Positions 1-8,992 are shown, counted from the first letter of the stretch. The stretch: DNA of 20,000 nucleotides from an uncultured virus (IMG/VR IMGVR_UViG_3300030380_005539) (IMGVR_UViG_3300030380_005539:107028-127027), one strand, 5' to 3'. The notes: generated from the sequence alone by a model not told the origin. Numbers and translations are program-made.

Positions 1-2
1 AA

Positions 3-767
3 AGAGCATATTCATTTGATTGGGACGATAATATTTTATTTATGCCCACTAAAATTTATTTAGAGAAAAAGGTAGGTGATGGATGGATACCTGTTTTAGT
101 AGGTACTGAAGAATTTAGAGAAATTAGGAATAGAGTTGGTAAAGATTATAGATATGAAAAAGATGACTTATATTATGCGTTTAAAGATTTCAGAGATTAT
201 GACGCATTTATAAGAGACACAAAAGAAGCATTAAGAAAAAAATCTTTTGGTCCCAGTTTTGATAAATTTAAAGAAGCATTATTATATGGTAATGACTTCT
301 CTATAATAACTGCTAGAGGAAACCCACCTAAAGCAATTAAAGATGGTATAAAAGTGATAATTGACACTCTTTTCACTGAAGAACAAAAAGAAAAAATGTT
401 ATCTAACTTACATGGTACATCTATAGAACAATATCTAAACTTACAGGACTACTATCCTGTGACTTCTGACGAGTTTGTAGAAGAATTTGATACTGATGTA
501 AGTGTAACAAACCCAGAAGTCGGTAAAATGATTGCATTAAAGACTTTTGTAGATAGAGTAGTTAGTGCAGTTAAAGAAATGAAAGATAATCCAGAATATA
601 ATGGTATGAGTATAGGTTTTAGTGATGATGATTTAGGTAATATTGAGAGTGCGGAGAAGTACATTGAGGAGAAATTAAAAAAATTATATCCTGATGTTAA
701 ATTTTTAGTATATGATACATCTGATCCTGATAACCCTAAAAAGAAACGAATAATAATTAAAAAATAG
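3..767 (+). CDS. HAD-superfamily phosphatase-like protein, 5'-partial (true start lies upstream of the window)
   Basis: Frame is open upstream of the listed ATG at 42 and reads RAYSFDWDDNILFM (HAD motif I, DxD). Also ITARG (motif II), a candidate motif III Lys (EVGKMIAL) and IGFSDDD (motif IV). Stop TAG at 765-767. Confidence 0.75.
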   Translation, partial: RAYSFDWDDNILFMPTKIYLEKKVGDGWIPVLVGTEEFREIRNRVGKDYRYEKDDLYYAFKDFRDYDAFIRDTKEALRKKSFGPSFDKFKEALLYGNDFSIITARGNPPKAIKDGIKVIIDTLFTEEQKEKMLSNLHGTSIEQYLNLQDYYPVTSDEFVEEFDTDVSVTNPEVGKMIALKTFVDRVVSAVKEMKDNPEYNGMSIGFSDDDLGNIESAEKYIEEKLKKLYPDVKFLVYDTSDPDNPKKKRIIIKK

Positions 768-786
768 AATTTTATTTAATTACTAA

Positions 787-801
787 ATATTTATTAATAA
801 A
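787..801 (+). promoter_or_regulatory. Putative phage late-promoter motif ATATTTATTAATAAA
   Basis: Intergenic; identical 15-mer at 1740-1754; the core ATATTTAT recurs upstream of seven genes. Confidence 0.65.
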
Positions 802-835
802 TGGTGAAATAAACCATATTTTAAAATACAAAGTA

Positions 836-1246
836 ATGAGAATTAAAAAAAACGATAAAGTAATTAAGTTAACTGAAAATGACTTAAAAAGAATTGTAAA
901 AAGAGTATTAACAGAACAAAATTATGATTATGAATATATAGAAAATCTAGATGACGCAAAAAAACTATATAAATTAATACTAGATGCGATGGGAGTGTTT
1001 ATGGATGATGAGGCGATTATTGAAGCTGCGTTTATGGCATTCGATAAAAATCCCGATTTATATTATGAAGCGAATGAAATCTTTAAAAATGATAATGATT
1101 ATCTTGCTGGAGATAGTTTTAAAGGGTCAGTCATGTTTGATGGAGCAGACAGTTTATTACATATGGTTAAATTAAAAATGGATACAAATAAAATATATCA
1201 TAAAAAATCTATTGCGCGTATAGCTCATGAAAATAATTTTAAATAA
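836..1246 (+). CDS. Leader-bearing hypothetical protein, possible degenerate annexin-like repeat
   Basis: 136 aa; leader KVIKLTENDLKRIVKRVLTEQ; segment DAKKLYKLILDAMGVFMDDEAIIEAAF resembles the annexin repeat start. Confidence 0.8.
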   Translation: MRIKKNDKVIKLTENDLKRIVKRVLTEQNYDYEYIENLDDAKKLYKLILDAMGVFMDDEAIIEAAFMAFDKNPDLYYEANEIFKNDNDYLAGDSFKGSVMFDGADSLLHMVKLKMDTNKIYHKKSIARIAHENNFK

Positions 1247-1257
1247 AAAAGACTAAA

Positions 1258-1701
1258 ATGGAAAAGAATATAAATAACGAAATTGAAAGAATGAAATCAT
1301 TATTTAATGAGGAAAGACTTTACGGTAATATAGAAAATGGTAAAGAAAATTTAAATGAAGGTTTAAAGTCTACATTAAAAGGTATTGGTGGAATGTTTAG
1401 AGGTACTGGATATAGTTATACTAAATATGCTTATGAATTATCTGGTGCGTTAAAAGAACTTAATGAAGAATTAGAAGAAACTATTAATGAGGTTGAAAAA
1501 ATAATAGATAAATCAAATGAATCTAAAATGAGTAATGACGCATATGATAGATTAACTCTTCATGTGGGAGATGCGATAGATACGTATAAAATGGCTATTG
1601 AGACTAATGAGATTATTATAGAAGATTTAGATTTTTCTGTTAGTTCTAATAGAGAAGACGAAAGGGCACAAGATAACCCTACTTCACAATTAGAAAGATA
1701 A
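1258..1701 (+). CDS. Leader-bearing acidic coiled-coil hypothetical protein
   Basis: 147 aa; first 24 aa are 20/24 identical to those of ORF 5482; LNE/G site, then an amphipathic helix and a heptad-like acidic region (LKELNEELEETINEVEKII). Confidence 0.85.
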   Translation: MEKNINNEIERMKSLFNEERLYGNIENGKENLNEGLKSTLKGIGGMFRGTGYSYTKYAYELSGALKELNEELEETINEVEKIIDKSNESKMSNDAYDRLTLHVGDAIDTYKMAIETNEIIIEDLDFSVSSNREDERAQDNPTSQLER

Positions 1702-1739
1702 TAAAAAACATTAAAGATTTAGTTTTTTTTAAATTTTAG

Positions 1740-1754
1740 ATATTTATTAATAAA
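1740..1754 (+). promoter_or_regulatory. Putative late-promoter motif upstream of the tail tube gene
   Basis: ATATTTATTAATAAA, identical to 787-801; core ends 38 nt before ATG 1786. Confidence 0.65.
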
Positions 1755-1785
1755 GAATAAAAAACAACGATAAAAAAAAGAAATT

Positions 1786-2274
1786 ATGGCAGATTTATTA
1801 ATGAGAATGCCGGTTCCTTATGAACCATTAAGAAAGAATAGATGGATTCTTAGATTTCCTGATGATTTAGGTATTCAAGAATGGTGGATTTCTACTGCAA
1901 GTAGACCTAAATACACTAGTGATGAAGTATCAATACCATTTTTAAATACTGAGACGTATGTTATCGGTAGATTTAGATGGGAAACAATCTCTGTTACATT
2001 TAGAGATCCAATTGGTCCTTCTGCAACACAAGCATTAATGGAATGGGTAAGATTACACTCTGAATCTGTAACTGGTAGACAAGGATACGCAGCAGGATAC
2101 AAAAAGAATGTAGAATTAGAAATGTTAGATCCAACAGGTGTAGTAGTACAAAAATGGATTTTAGAAGGTACTCAATTAAATGACGCTGATTTTGGTGGTT
2201 TAGATTATAGTTCTTCTGACTTAGCAGACATTACATGTACATTAAGGTTTGATAGAGCAATTAACGTATTCTAA
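1786..2274 (+). CDS. Tail tube protein (T4 gp19-like)
   Basis: 162 aa; YEPLRKNRWILRF, RPK..EVSIPFLN..YVIGRFRWETISVTFRDP, LMEWV, YKKNVELEMLDPTGVVVQKWILEG, GGLDYSS..ITCTLRFD follow the gp19/contractile tube pattern; followed by a strong terminator. Confidence 0.92.
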   Translation: MADLLMRMPVPYEPLRKNRWILRFPDDLGIQEWWISTASRPKYTSDEVSIPFLNTETYVIGRFRWETISVTFRDPIGPSATQALMEWVRLHSESVTGRQGYAAGYKKNVELEMLDPTGVVVQKWILEGTQLNDADFGGLDYSSSDLADITCTLRFDRAINVF

Positions 2275-2297
2275 ATCAAATTAACATATATAATATT

Positions 2298-2323
2298 AAA
2301 AGTCGCATAAAGCGACTTTTTCT
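2298..2323 (+). terminator. Rho-independent terminator after the tail tube gene
   Basis: Stem AAAAGTCGC (2298-2306), loop ATAAA, stem GCGACTTTT (2312-2320), continuing T-rich (TTTTTCT). Confidence 0.85.
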
Positions 2324-2332
2324 ATGCTTTTA

Positions 2333-2348
2333 AATATTTATATAAAAA
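2333..2348 (+). promoter_or_regulatory. Putative late-promoter motif AATATTTATATAAAAA
   Basis: Directly after the terminator and before ATG 2359; identical 16-mer at 9972-9987. Confidence 0.7.
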
Positions 2349-2358
2349 CTCTATTAGA

Positions 2359-5300
2359 ATGAAAATTATAATTTCCGAAACACAGTATAAAAAAGTTTTT
2401 GATAATGATTTTTTAATTATTAGTGAACAAGAAGTAGATGGAATATCTGGTGCGGCTATCTCAACTCCAAAGTTGGGAAGTGGATGGATTCAAAATAGTA
2501 CTGCACCAGGAAAAATTAATTATGGTATTAACGAGTTAAATACCTATGTCGCATGTAGACCAAAGGGGAATATAGTTGCAGGAATACCTGGTCCAGATTG
2601 GGACTGGTGTAAAGCTAGACAATATGGTGATCCTCATATGGGTGCAGTAACTTATGAATATAACGGAAAAATGGTAACCATTAAAGATTTTAATAGTAGA
2701 GCGGAAGATGATGGAAGATATTCTTATGATGTTGGGGGAAATATTCTTTCTTCTACATATGATGTACTATTAAACCCTAAAAGTGAAAAAAATATTATAA
2801 ACAACGCTATTGGGACATATAATAGTGTTTATAGTAGTTGGAATAGGTTACGAAAACTAGGTAATTGGGACGGTTTAGCATGTAATTTACTCACATTTAG
2901 TAATTCTAAAAGTAAATTAGAAGAAGTATTTAATAATCCTTATAGTAGTGGAATAGGTATTGGTAATACCAATTTATTGTGGCCAGGTGACTTAATAAAA
3001 GAATATTTTAAATTAAAAACAGTTGTTGAAGAAGATATTTTGAGTATTTGGGGTCAAGAAGCATTTAAAAAGGAACAAATAGAATTAGGTGAAAGGTATA
3101 AATTATCCCTAAAAAGGTGGAAAGAAGATTATAAAAAATGGAAACAACAATTCGGTGAGAAATATAATACCATACAAAACTCCATTAATGATATCATAAA
3201 TAGTAAAAATAATGCTTTTGCAATAGAAGATTATAGAAATAATTCATGGAGAGATCAAGACAGTAATGATCCATCTAAGTACAGACCTAATTATGTTAAT
3301 AATTTACTAACTAACAATACTTACCAAAGTGATTTAGAAAATGATCCTAAACCAGTTGATTGGTATGCATTACTTAAAGAATTAGAATCACAAATAGGTG
3401 AAATTAAATTACCTAGAAAGTTAACTAAAAAAGAACCTATACAGAAATTCCAAAATTGGTTAGACAAAAATTACCCAACTCAGTGGACTACAACAGGTAA
3501 ACCTTTAAATAAAAAAACACCGGGTTATGGAACATTTGGGCCACAAACTACTAAAGCGTGGAAAAAATATGGACCGGTTTATTATTATCAATTAAATGGT
3601 AAAATTAAACCGCCACCAGTAAAACCTAAAGAACCAGAAATAAGAGATTTAGCACAAAGAAATATGGGTGAAAAAAGTAATTTAGAACAAATGATTGAAA
3701 CTTATTTACATATTATAGACGCCTCAGCAAGTCATAATGAAAGGTTTGAGAGTCAAAGTGCGAGTAAATATAAAGAATATTGTAGTAAACCCGTAGGAGA
3801 TTTTAGAAACCCATCAGATGGTAAAGTAAGATGGAATCCAAATAGTAGGAACACCTGGAAAACGGACTGGTTTGATGAATATGGACGCCCAAAACAAGTG
3901 GTTGCCGAATCAAAAAAACATAAAATAGATGAACAAATAATAGTAGTCCCACCTGTACCTTATTATGATGTTGAAAAATCATTCGATTATAAAGATAATG
4001 ATAAAAATACTTTTAATCTTGTGTGTAGTCAAAAGAATCTAGGTGGTGTATGGTGGTACAGTGGAGGTAAAAATTTAGGAACTTGTGGTTGTGTTAATAA
4101 CCCAACTAATTCATTTAAATTAAATGGATCAACTATTAATATGTCTAAAATTGTTGAGTATAGTGCGGTAGAGAATGATGTACGAAGTTTATGGGAAAAA
4201 ACTTCTGATTGGGCTAGTAAGTGTGTAGGTGATTGGCATTGTATTGCAGATGTAGCATCTATTGCAGTATTATTTATACCCGTACCAGGATTAAATGTGG
4301 CATTATCTGCTGCGATTGATGGTGTGAGTGCTGCTGGGTATGTAATTGAACAAGATGAGGGTTGGGAATTAAATGCGGGATTAACTTTAGTAGGTGCATT
4401 GTTTAGTGGAGCAGAAGCGATGAAATTTACAAATAAAGCATTAAAAGGTGGTTTAAAGAATGTAAAATGGACTAAAGCTTTAGGTGAAATAACAACGGAG
4501 TTAAATGATAAAGCATTTAAGAATACACTTGAGGGTATGACTAAATCAGAAGCGGCGGATGTATGGAGTAAAAAATTAAGAGATTTAGTTTCAGAATATT
4601 CATCTAAGGAAATAAAACAATTATCTGATGTGATAGACGCTTTTCAAAAAATGCCAAATAAAGCGGTAGACGGTTTGGAAAAAATAATGAGAAGTATGAA
4701 AAACTTAACTCCAAAAGAAAAAGAAATTTTACAACAGTTAACAAAAAAAGGAGTTAAAAAAGATAAACTTAAACCATTTCTAGATGATTTAATAAAGGTA
4801 GATTATGACATTAAAAAAGTTATAAAAAAATATATACCTAAGTTTAGTAATAAAGAAGCTTTAATACAAGCAACTTTATTTGGGTTAGTACAAGGTTATG
4901 GAGAAGAAATTGGTAAGGCATTAAGTAAAGGTTTTGACGCATTAAAAAAGTTTACAGGTTACGATATAGATAATAAACTTACTTCTAAAGAAGATATTAA
5001 TAAAAAAGACGCTTCTTCATTAGCGATAAAACAAAAAATAGAAGATTTAGCTAGTTATTATTTATTAGCACATATGATAGATATTGAAACTAGAATAGGT
5101 GTAGGTAATTTACTAAGTAAATATGATATTAAAGTAGAAAAAAATGTAAGAGATATAGTATTTAATGGGATGGAAAGTATAATAGGTAAAGTTATTTTAG
5201 AAAAAACAGGTAAATGGTTGAGAGAAATAACAGATACTGCCACTCAAATGGAAAAGGAAGGTAAACCTACAGAAGAAATTAAAACTTTTATTATAACAAA

Positions 5301-5451
5301 ATATGATGAAATATTAGAATTATTAGAAAATGCCCCCGAACAAGATAAATTAAAAGAGTTAGAAAAAAACTTAGAAATAGAAAATAATAAAAACGAAGAA
5401 TTTAGTGAGGCAGATAAAGAAAATGCCAAACATTGGGGTATTGAATTGTAA
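2359..5451 (+). CDS. Large leader-bearing multidomain protein (PG-binding-like domain, Cys motif, pre-toxin-like hydrophobic hairpin, helical C-terminus)
   Basis: 1030 aa; leader MKIIISETQY..IISEQ; FQNWLDKNYP..GYGTFGPQTTKAWKKYG (about 3448-3573); HCIADVASIAVLFIPVPGLNVALSAAIDGVSAAGY..NAGLTLVGAL (about 4231-4410). Confidence 0.85.
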   Translation: MKIIISETQYKKVFDNDFLIISEQEVDGISGAAISTPKLGSGWIQNSTAPGKINYGINELNTYVACRPKGNIVAGIPGPDWDWCKARQYGDPHMGAVTYEYNGKMVTIKDFNSRAEDDGRYSYDVGGNILSSTYDVLLNPKSEKNIINNAIGTYNSVYSSWNRLRKLGNWDGLACNLLTFSNSKSKLEEVFNNPYSSGIGIGNTNLLWPGDLIKEYFKLKTVVEEDILSIWGQEAFKKEQIELGERYKLSLKRWKEDYKKWKQQFGEKYNTIQNSINDIINSKNNAFAIEDYRNNSWRDQDSNDPSKYRPNYVNNLLTNNTYQSDLENDPKPVDWYALLKELESQIGEIKLPRKLTKKEPIQKFQNWLDKNYPTQWTTTGKPLNKKTPGYGTFGPQTTKAWKKYGPVYYYQLNGKIKPPPVKPKEPEIRDLAQRNMGEKSNLEQMIETYLHIIDASASHNERFESQSASKYKEYCSKPVGDFRNPSDGKVRWNPNSRNTWKTDWFDEYGRPKQVVAESKKHKIDEQIIVVPPVPYYDVEKSFDYKDNDKNTFNLVCSQKNLGGVWWYSGGKNLGTCGCVNNPTNSFKLNGSTINMSKIVEYSAVENDVRSLWEKTSDWASKCVGDWHCIADVASIAVLFIPVPGLNVALSAAIDGVSAAGYVIEQDEGWELNAGLTLVGALFSGAEAMKFTNKALKGGLKNVKWTKALGEITTELNDKAFKNTLEGMTKSEAADVWSKKLRDLVSEYSSKEIKQLSDVIDAFQKMPNKAVDGLEKIMRSMKNLTPKEKEILQQLTKKGVKKDKLKPFLDDLIKVDYDIKKVIKKYIPKFSNKEALIQATLFGLVQGYGEEIGKALSKGFDALKKFTGYDIDNKLTSKEDINKKDASSLAIKQKIEDLASYYLLAHMIDIETRIGVGNLLSKYDIKVEKNVRDIVFNGMESIIGKVILEKTGKWLREITDTATQMEKEGKPTEEIKTFIITKYDEILELLENAPEQDKLKELEKNLEIENNKNEEFSEADKENAKHWGIEL

Positions 5452-5469
5452 ACATTATATAATATAGTT

Positions 5470-5481
5470 ATATTTATTAAT
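5470..5481 (+). promoter_or_regulatory. Putative late-promoter motif ATATTTATTAAT abutting the start codon
   Basis: Core ATATTTAT at 5470-5477; ATG at 5482. Confidence 0.6.
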
Positions 5482-6363
5482 ATGGAGAAAAAAATTAATG
5501 AGGAAATTGAACGAATTAAAAGTCTTTTTACTGAAGAGAGACTTTATGGTAATTTAGTTAAGGAACAAGTTACCAATCCCGATTCTAATGGTGATTTTGT
5601 AATAGATACCACAGAATTTACTGCATCTGGTAATGACATAACTGCAGATGAGGCTAAATTATTCGTTAATGCCTATCATACCGCAAACCCAACTAGAAAC
5701 ACTGAAGTAGGACATTGTATTAATCAATCAGTAATTCAAATGATGATTAAAAAATTTCCTAGATTGGTGGAAAGTCCTATGAATTATGGAGTAACAAGTT
5801 TAGGGGGTAAATGTTACCTATACTCCAACAATAGAGGTACAATTAGTTATCCAGCACAAATAACTAAATTAGAATTTTGGCAAAATGATTGGATTACTTT
5901 TTATGTAACTCTTAAGACACCTATTGATTTATCAACTGAAGATAGTTATAAAAAAACATTCAATAAAAATTGGAGTAATACTAAAGCGGTAACTCCCGGC
6001 ACAATAGAAATGAGGGTAAAACTCAATGAGACTGCTAACCGAACAGAAAAGATAAAATATTTACAATATAAAGCACCTATAACTAACTTAGGTACTACTG
6101 CTACTACATCAACATACGGTCAAATAACTTTTATGAATTTTTATGATGAAAGTGGTAACAAAAAAACTATTCAGTCATTAATTGATAAAATTGATGAATC
6201 AAGTGTATACGGTGGATGGATGGCCGGTGATGGTACAGGTAGTACATATCAATATGATCCTGATGGTGTAGATATGGATGGTTTATTACAAGATACAAAT
6301 ACTACAAATTTAACTGTTAGTGGAGGAGATATTAAAGAAATGGTAGTTAACTTAATTAGATAA
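5482..6363 (+). CDS. Leader-bearing hypothetical protein (Thr/Asp-rich; EF-hand-like loop)
   Basis: 293 aa; leader MEKKINEEIERIKSLFTEERLYGNLVKEQ; DSNGDFVIDTTE loop at 5581-5616. Confidence 0.85.
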   Translation: MEKKINEEIERIKSLFTEERLYGNLVKEQVTNPDSNGDFVIDTTEFTASGNDITADEAKLFVNAYHTANPTRNTEVGHCINQSVIQMMIKKFPRLVESPMNYGVTSLGGKCYLYSNNRGTISYPAQITKLEFWQNDWITFYVTLKTPIDLSTEDSYKKTFNKNWSNTKAVTPGTIEMRVKLNETANRTEKIKYLQYKAPITNLGTTATTSTYGQITFMNFYDESGNKKTIQSLIDKIDESSVYGGWMAGDGTGSTYQYDPDGVDMDGLLQDTNTTNLTVSGGDIKEMVVNLIR

Positions 6364-6372
6364 TAGAAAAAG

Positions 6373-8976
6373 ATGAAAAAAAAATTAATTTATTTAGATA
6401 AGAAAAAGTTTAACCTTATGTTAGAAAGGATGGATAATAGAGTTAATTATGACGAATCCATAAATTTGAAGAAAAAAATTTTAATTACTGAAGGTGAAGG
6501 TGGTATTGGAAAAATAATTAGAGGTTTCCTTAATAGTGGTAAATTTGTTGCAGATGAAGTAGCGGTTGTTGCAAGAGCACTAAGTGGAGATGTTGACGAA
6601 TTAAAAAAATTATTAAGAAGATTAGATGATGACCCACAGGGTTTTAAGGTTAGTTTAAATAACTCATTAGTAGATTTAGGTGTTAGTGCAAGTGCATTAA
6701 AAGGATTAGAGAATTTTATAGATAATGTACGTATAGTTGAGAAATCAAAACCTGAAGATGTTTATACAAATTTATTTTATAATTTATCTAAAGATGGTAA
6801 AACTGTAGATGAAGCAGTTAAAGAAATTGATAAGTTATGGGATGATATGCCAGAAGTTTTGAAAAGAAAAACAAATGATATTGATTTCCCATTACAAGCA
6901 ACCGATGATATAAGAATAAATATAATAAAAAATAGGGTTGGTATGAGTCCTAAATTACCAATGAATATTAGAATTAAGATTGGTGATGATATTGCTAAAC
7001 AAGCAACAAAAGGTTTGAAAAAACTTCAATTAGATGAGATGCTAAAAGGTGTTGAACTTAAAAGCCCAATTAGTGAGTATGTGGTATTAACTAATAAAAC
7101 TAGTGGTAATCATATAATAGTACATAAAAATAATGTTGGTGGTTTTGTGAATAAGTTTGAAATTGTCGGAAGTAATAAGTTTGAGATAAGTGATGGTGTA
7201 AGTTTTAGAGGTAAAGATGGTGATACTATAGTAGTAATGGATGATCTTAACTTTAAATCAGGTTTAAGTGAGGAAGAGTTAGCCATATTAAAAAATGAGT
7301 TAAAAGGTGCTAATTCTATGGAGAAAACGGAAGAATTACTTGCAGAAATAATAAAGAATCAAAGATTAAATGAAAGAGCAATTGCAAAAGTTAAAAGAAA
7401 TAAATATTGGGTTTATTCAATAGTAGGTATAGAATGGGCTTTAGAAGCATTGATACAAACTATTTCTTGTATAACTAAGGAAGATGGTGAATTAAGACGT
7501 GTAAGGAAAGATAAAATGGAACAATTTTTAGATATGGAGTATGACATGGAAACAAATCCTAATACAAAATATACTGAAAAAGATTTACTTCAGTTTACTG
7601 AACCGGTGGATTTTTTGGATTGTTTTAGGACTTTTATGAATACAGATTTAGTTGATGTAACTGACAGATATGATCCTAAAGGTTATTTTGAACATTATTT
7701 CCCCTTACCTTTATGGGGTGTAGGATCTTCAATTATAGATTATTTATTTACATTTAGTGTTGATTTACAGAGGTTACTAGGTGTGATTGATGCTAAACTG
7801 AAATCTACTATTAAACAACAAGTAAATAAACTACTAAAAAATAAAAATTTGGTTGAGATATTAAATCACAAGTGCGAATATACTAAAGAAGAAGCTTTTA
7901 ATCTGATTAAAAATGAGGGTGGGGATAATAATGAATCAGTTAAGGATTTATCAAAAATTTTAAATGTTATAGGTGTAGATGGTGAGTTTAAAAATAATTT
8001 AGTACAAAATATACTTAGTGGAAATGAAGCGTTAGCATTAACAAAAAAGGAAGTTGATGATATGAAAGATGGTGCAACTAAGGATATTAATGTTAACGTA
8101 GATGTTTCAGGATGGGATGGAATAAAAAATGGAAAGGGTATTGATTTAGCTTCTAAATTAATAAGAAAATGTCAAGCCACAAAGGCAGAATTAATTATTA
8201 CATTATTGAACGCGGCAGGAGAAAATGAAGTTGAGAGAAAATTAAATGATTTAATATTATTTACTGATGGTTCTGTATCTAAAGATGAAATAAAAACTAT
8301 GGCTAAAGATATAGGTAAGGGTAAACAAATCGATTTGGGAAGTAAATTTACAGTTTCAAATGGTAAGAAAAACACAGAAGAAGGTATTAATTTAATGGGT
8401 TTTGCAATGAATTACGGTACACAGAGAAAAACAGATATTGAAGGACCTACTGTAGCAAGAAAATATTTTCAAGACGTAAATAAGTTGGCTAGTGATGAAT
8501 TTATAGATAAACAATTTAATGCGTTAGTAGATTATATGAAAAATGATGTGTCAGATGACAATGTAGATTCTACAACTACTCGAAATTTAGATTTAGGAGT
8601 TGTAATAAATTTTGATTTAACTTTACCTGATTATAAATGGCAAAGTATCTTAAACAATAAAAGTGTAGAGGAGGGTTGTAATATTATGAAAGCAACTATG
8701 TATAATTTTGCTGCAAAAAGTAAATTTAAACCCTTTATTAGTATGTTAAGTCCCGATAATGAAGGTGAATTGTATACAAAACATGAAGATGTAAATGGTA
8801 ATCCTTCATTTCAATTTATTATAACCGATGAAACACTTACTGAATTAGCTAAATTACCTGTTAAAGGTTGGTGTGATAAAGTTACTGCTAATGGTGAAAG
8901 AAAAGGTAAGACAAAAAGTGACTGTACTTCCGAATTAATAGAATTCGCCAAAACTTTACCTTGCTACGTAGAGTAA
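6373..8976 (+). CDS. Large leader-bearing, mostly helical hypothetical protein with central hydrophobic segments
   Basis: 867 aa; leader ends KKILITE/G; hydrophobic stretches YWVYSIVGIEWALEALIQTISCI and YFPLPLWGVGSSIIDYLFTFSV; starts 9 nt after the previous stop. Confidence 0.85.
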   Translation: MKKKLIYLDKKKFNLMLERMDNRVNYDESINLKKKILITEGEGGIGKIIRGFLNSGKFVADEVAVVARALSGDVDELKKLLRRLDDDPQGFKVSLNNSLVDLGVSASALKGLENFIDNVRIVEKSKPEDVYTNLFYNLSKDGKTVDEAVKEIDKLWDDMPEVLKRKTNDIDFPLQATDDIRINIIKNRVGMSPKLPMNIRIKIGDDIAKQATKGLKKLQLDEMLKGVELKSPISEYVVLTNKTSGNHIIVHKNNVGGFVNKFEIVGSNKFEISDGVSFRGKDGDTIVVMDDLNFKSGLSEEELAILKNELKGANSMEKTEELLAEIIKNQRLNERAIAKVKRNKYWVYSIVGIEWALEALIQTISCITKEDGELRRVRKDKMEQFLDMEYDMETNPNTKYTEKDLLQFTEPVDFLDCFRTFMNTDLVDVTDRYDPKGYFEHYFPLPLWGVGSSIIDYLFTFSVDLQRLLGVIDAKLKSTIKQQVNKLLKNKNLVEILNHKCEYTKEEAFNLIKNEGGDNNESVKDLSKILNVIGVDGEFKNNLVQNILSGNEALALTKKEVDDMKDGATKDINVNVDVSGWDGIKNGKGIDLASKLIRKCQATKAELIITLLNAAGENEVERKLNDLILFTDGSVSKDEIKTMAKDIGKGKQIDLGSKFTVSNGKKNTEEGINLMGFAMNYGTQRKTDIEGPTVARKYFQDVNKLASDEFIDKQFNALVDYMKNDVSDDNVDSTTTRNLDLGVVINFDLTLPDYKWQSILNNKSVEEGCNIMKATMYNFAAKSKFKPFISMLSPDNEGELYTKHEDVNGNPSFQFIITDETLTELAKLPVKGWCDKVTANGERKGKTKSDCTSELIEFAKTLPCYVE

Positions 8977-8992
8977 AAAAAATCAACATTTA

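Noticed and set aside
801..812. Mini-ORF ATG GTG AAA TAA directly after the promoter motif
   Set aside because: Three codons with no supporting evidence; likely chance.
1703..1730. Weak AT-rich hairpin plus T8 run after ORF 1258-1701 as a terminator
   Set aside because: The stem has a single GC pair and a bulge; too weak to call.
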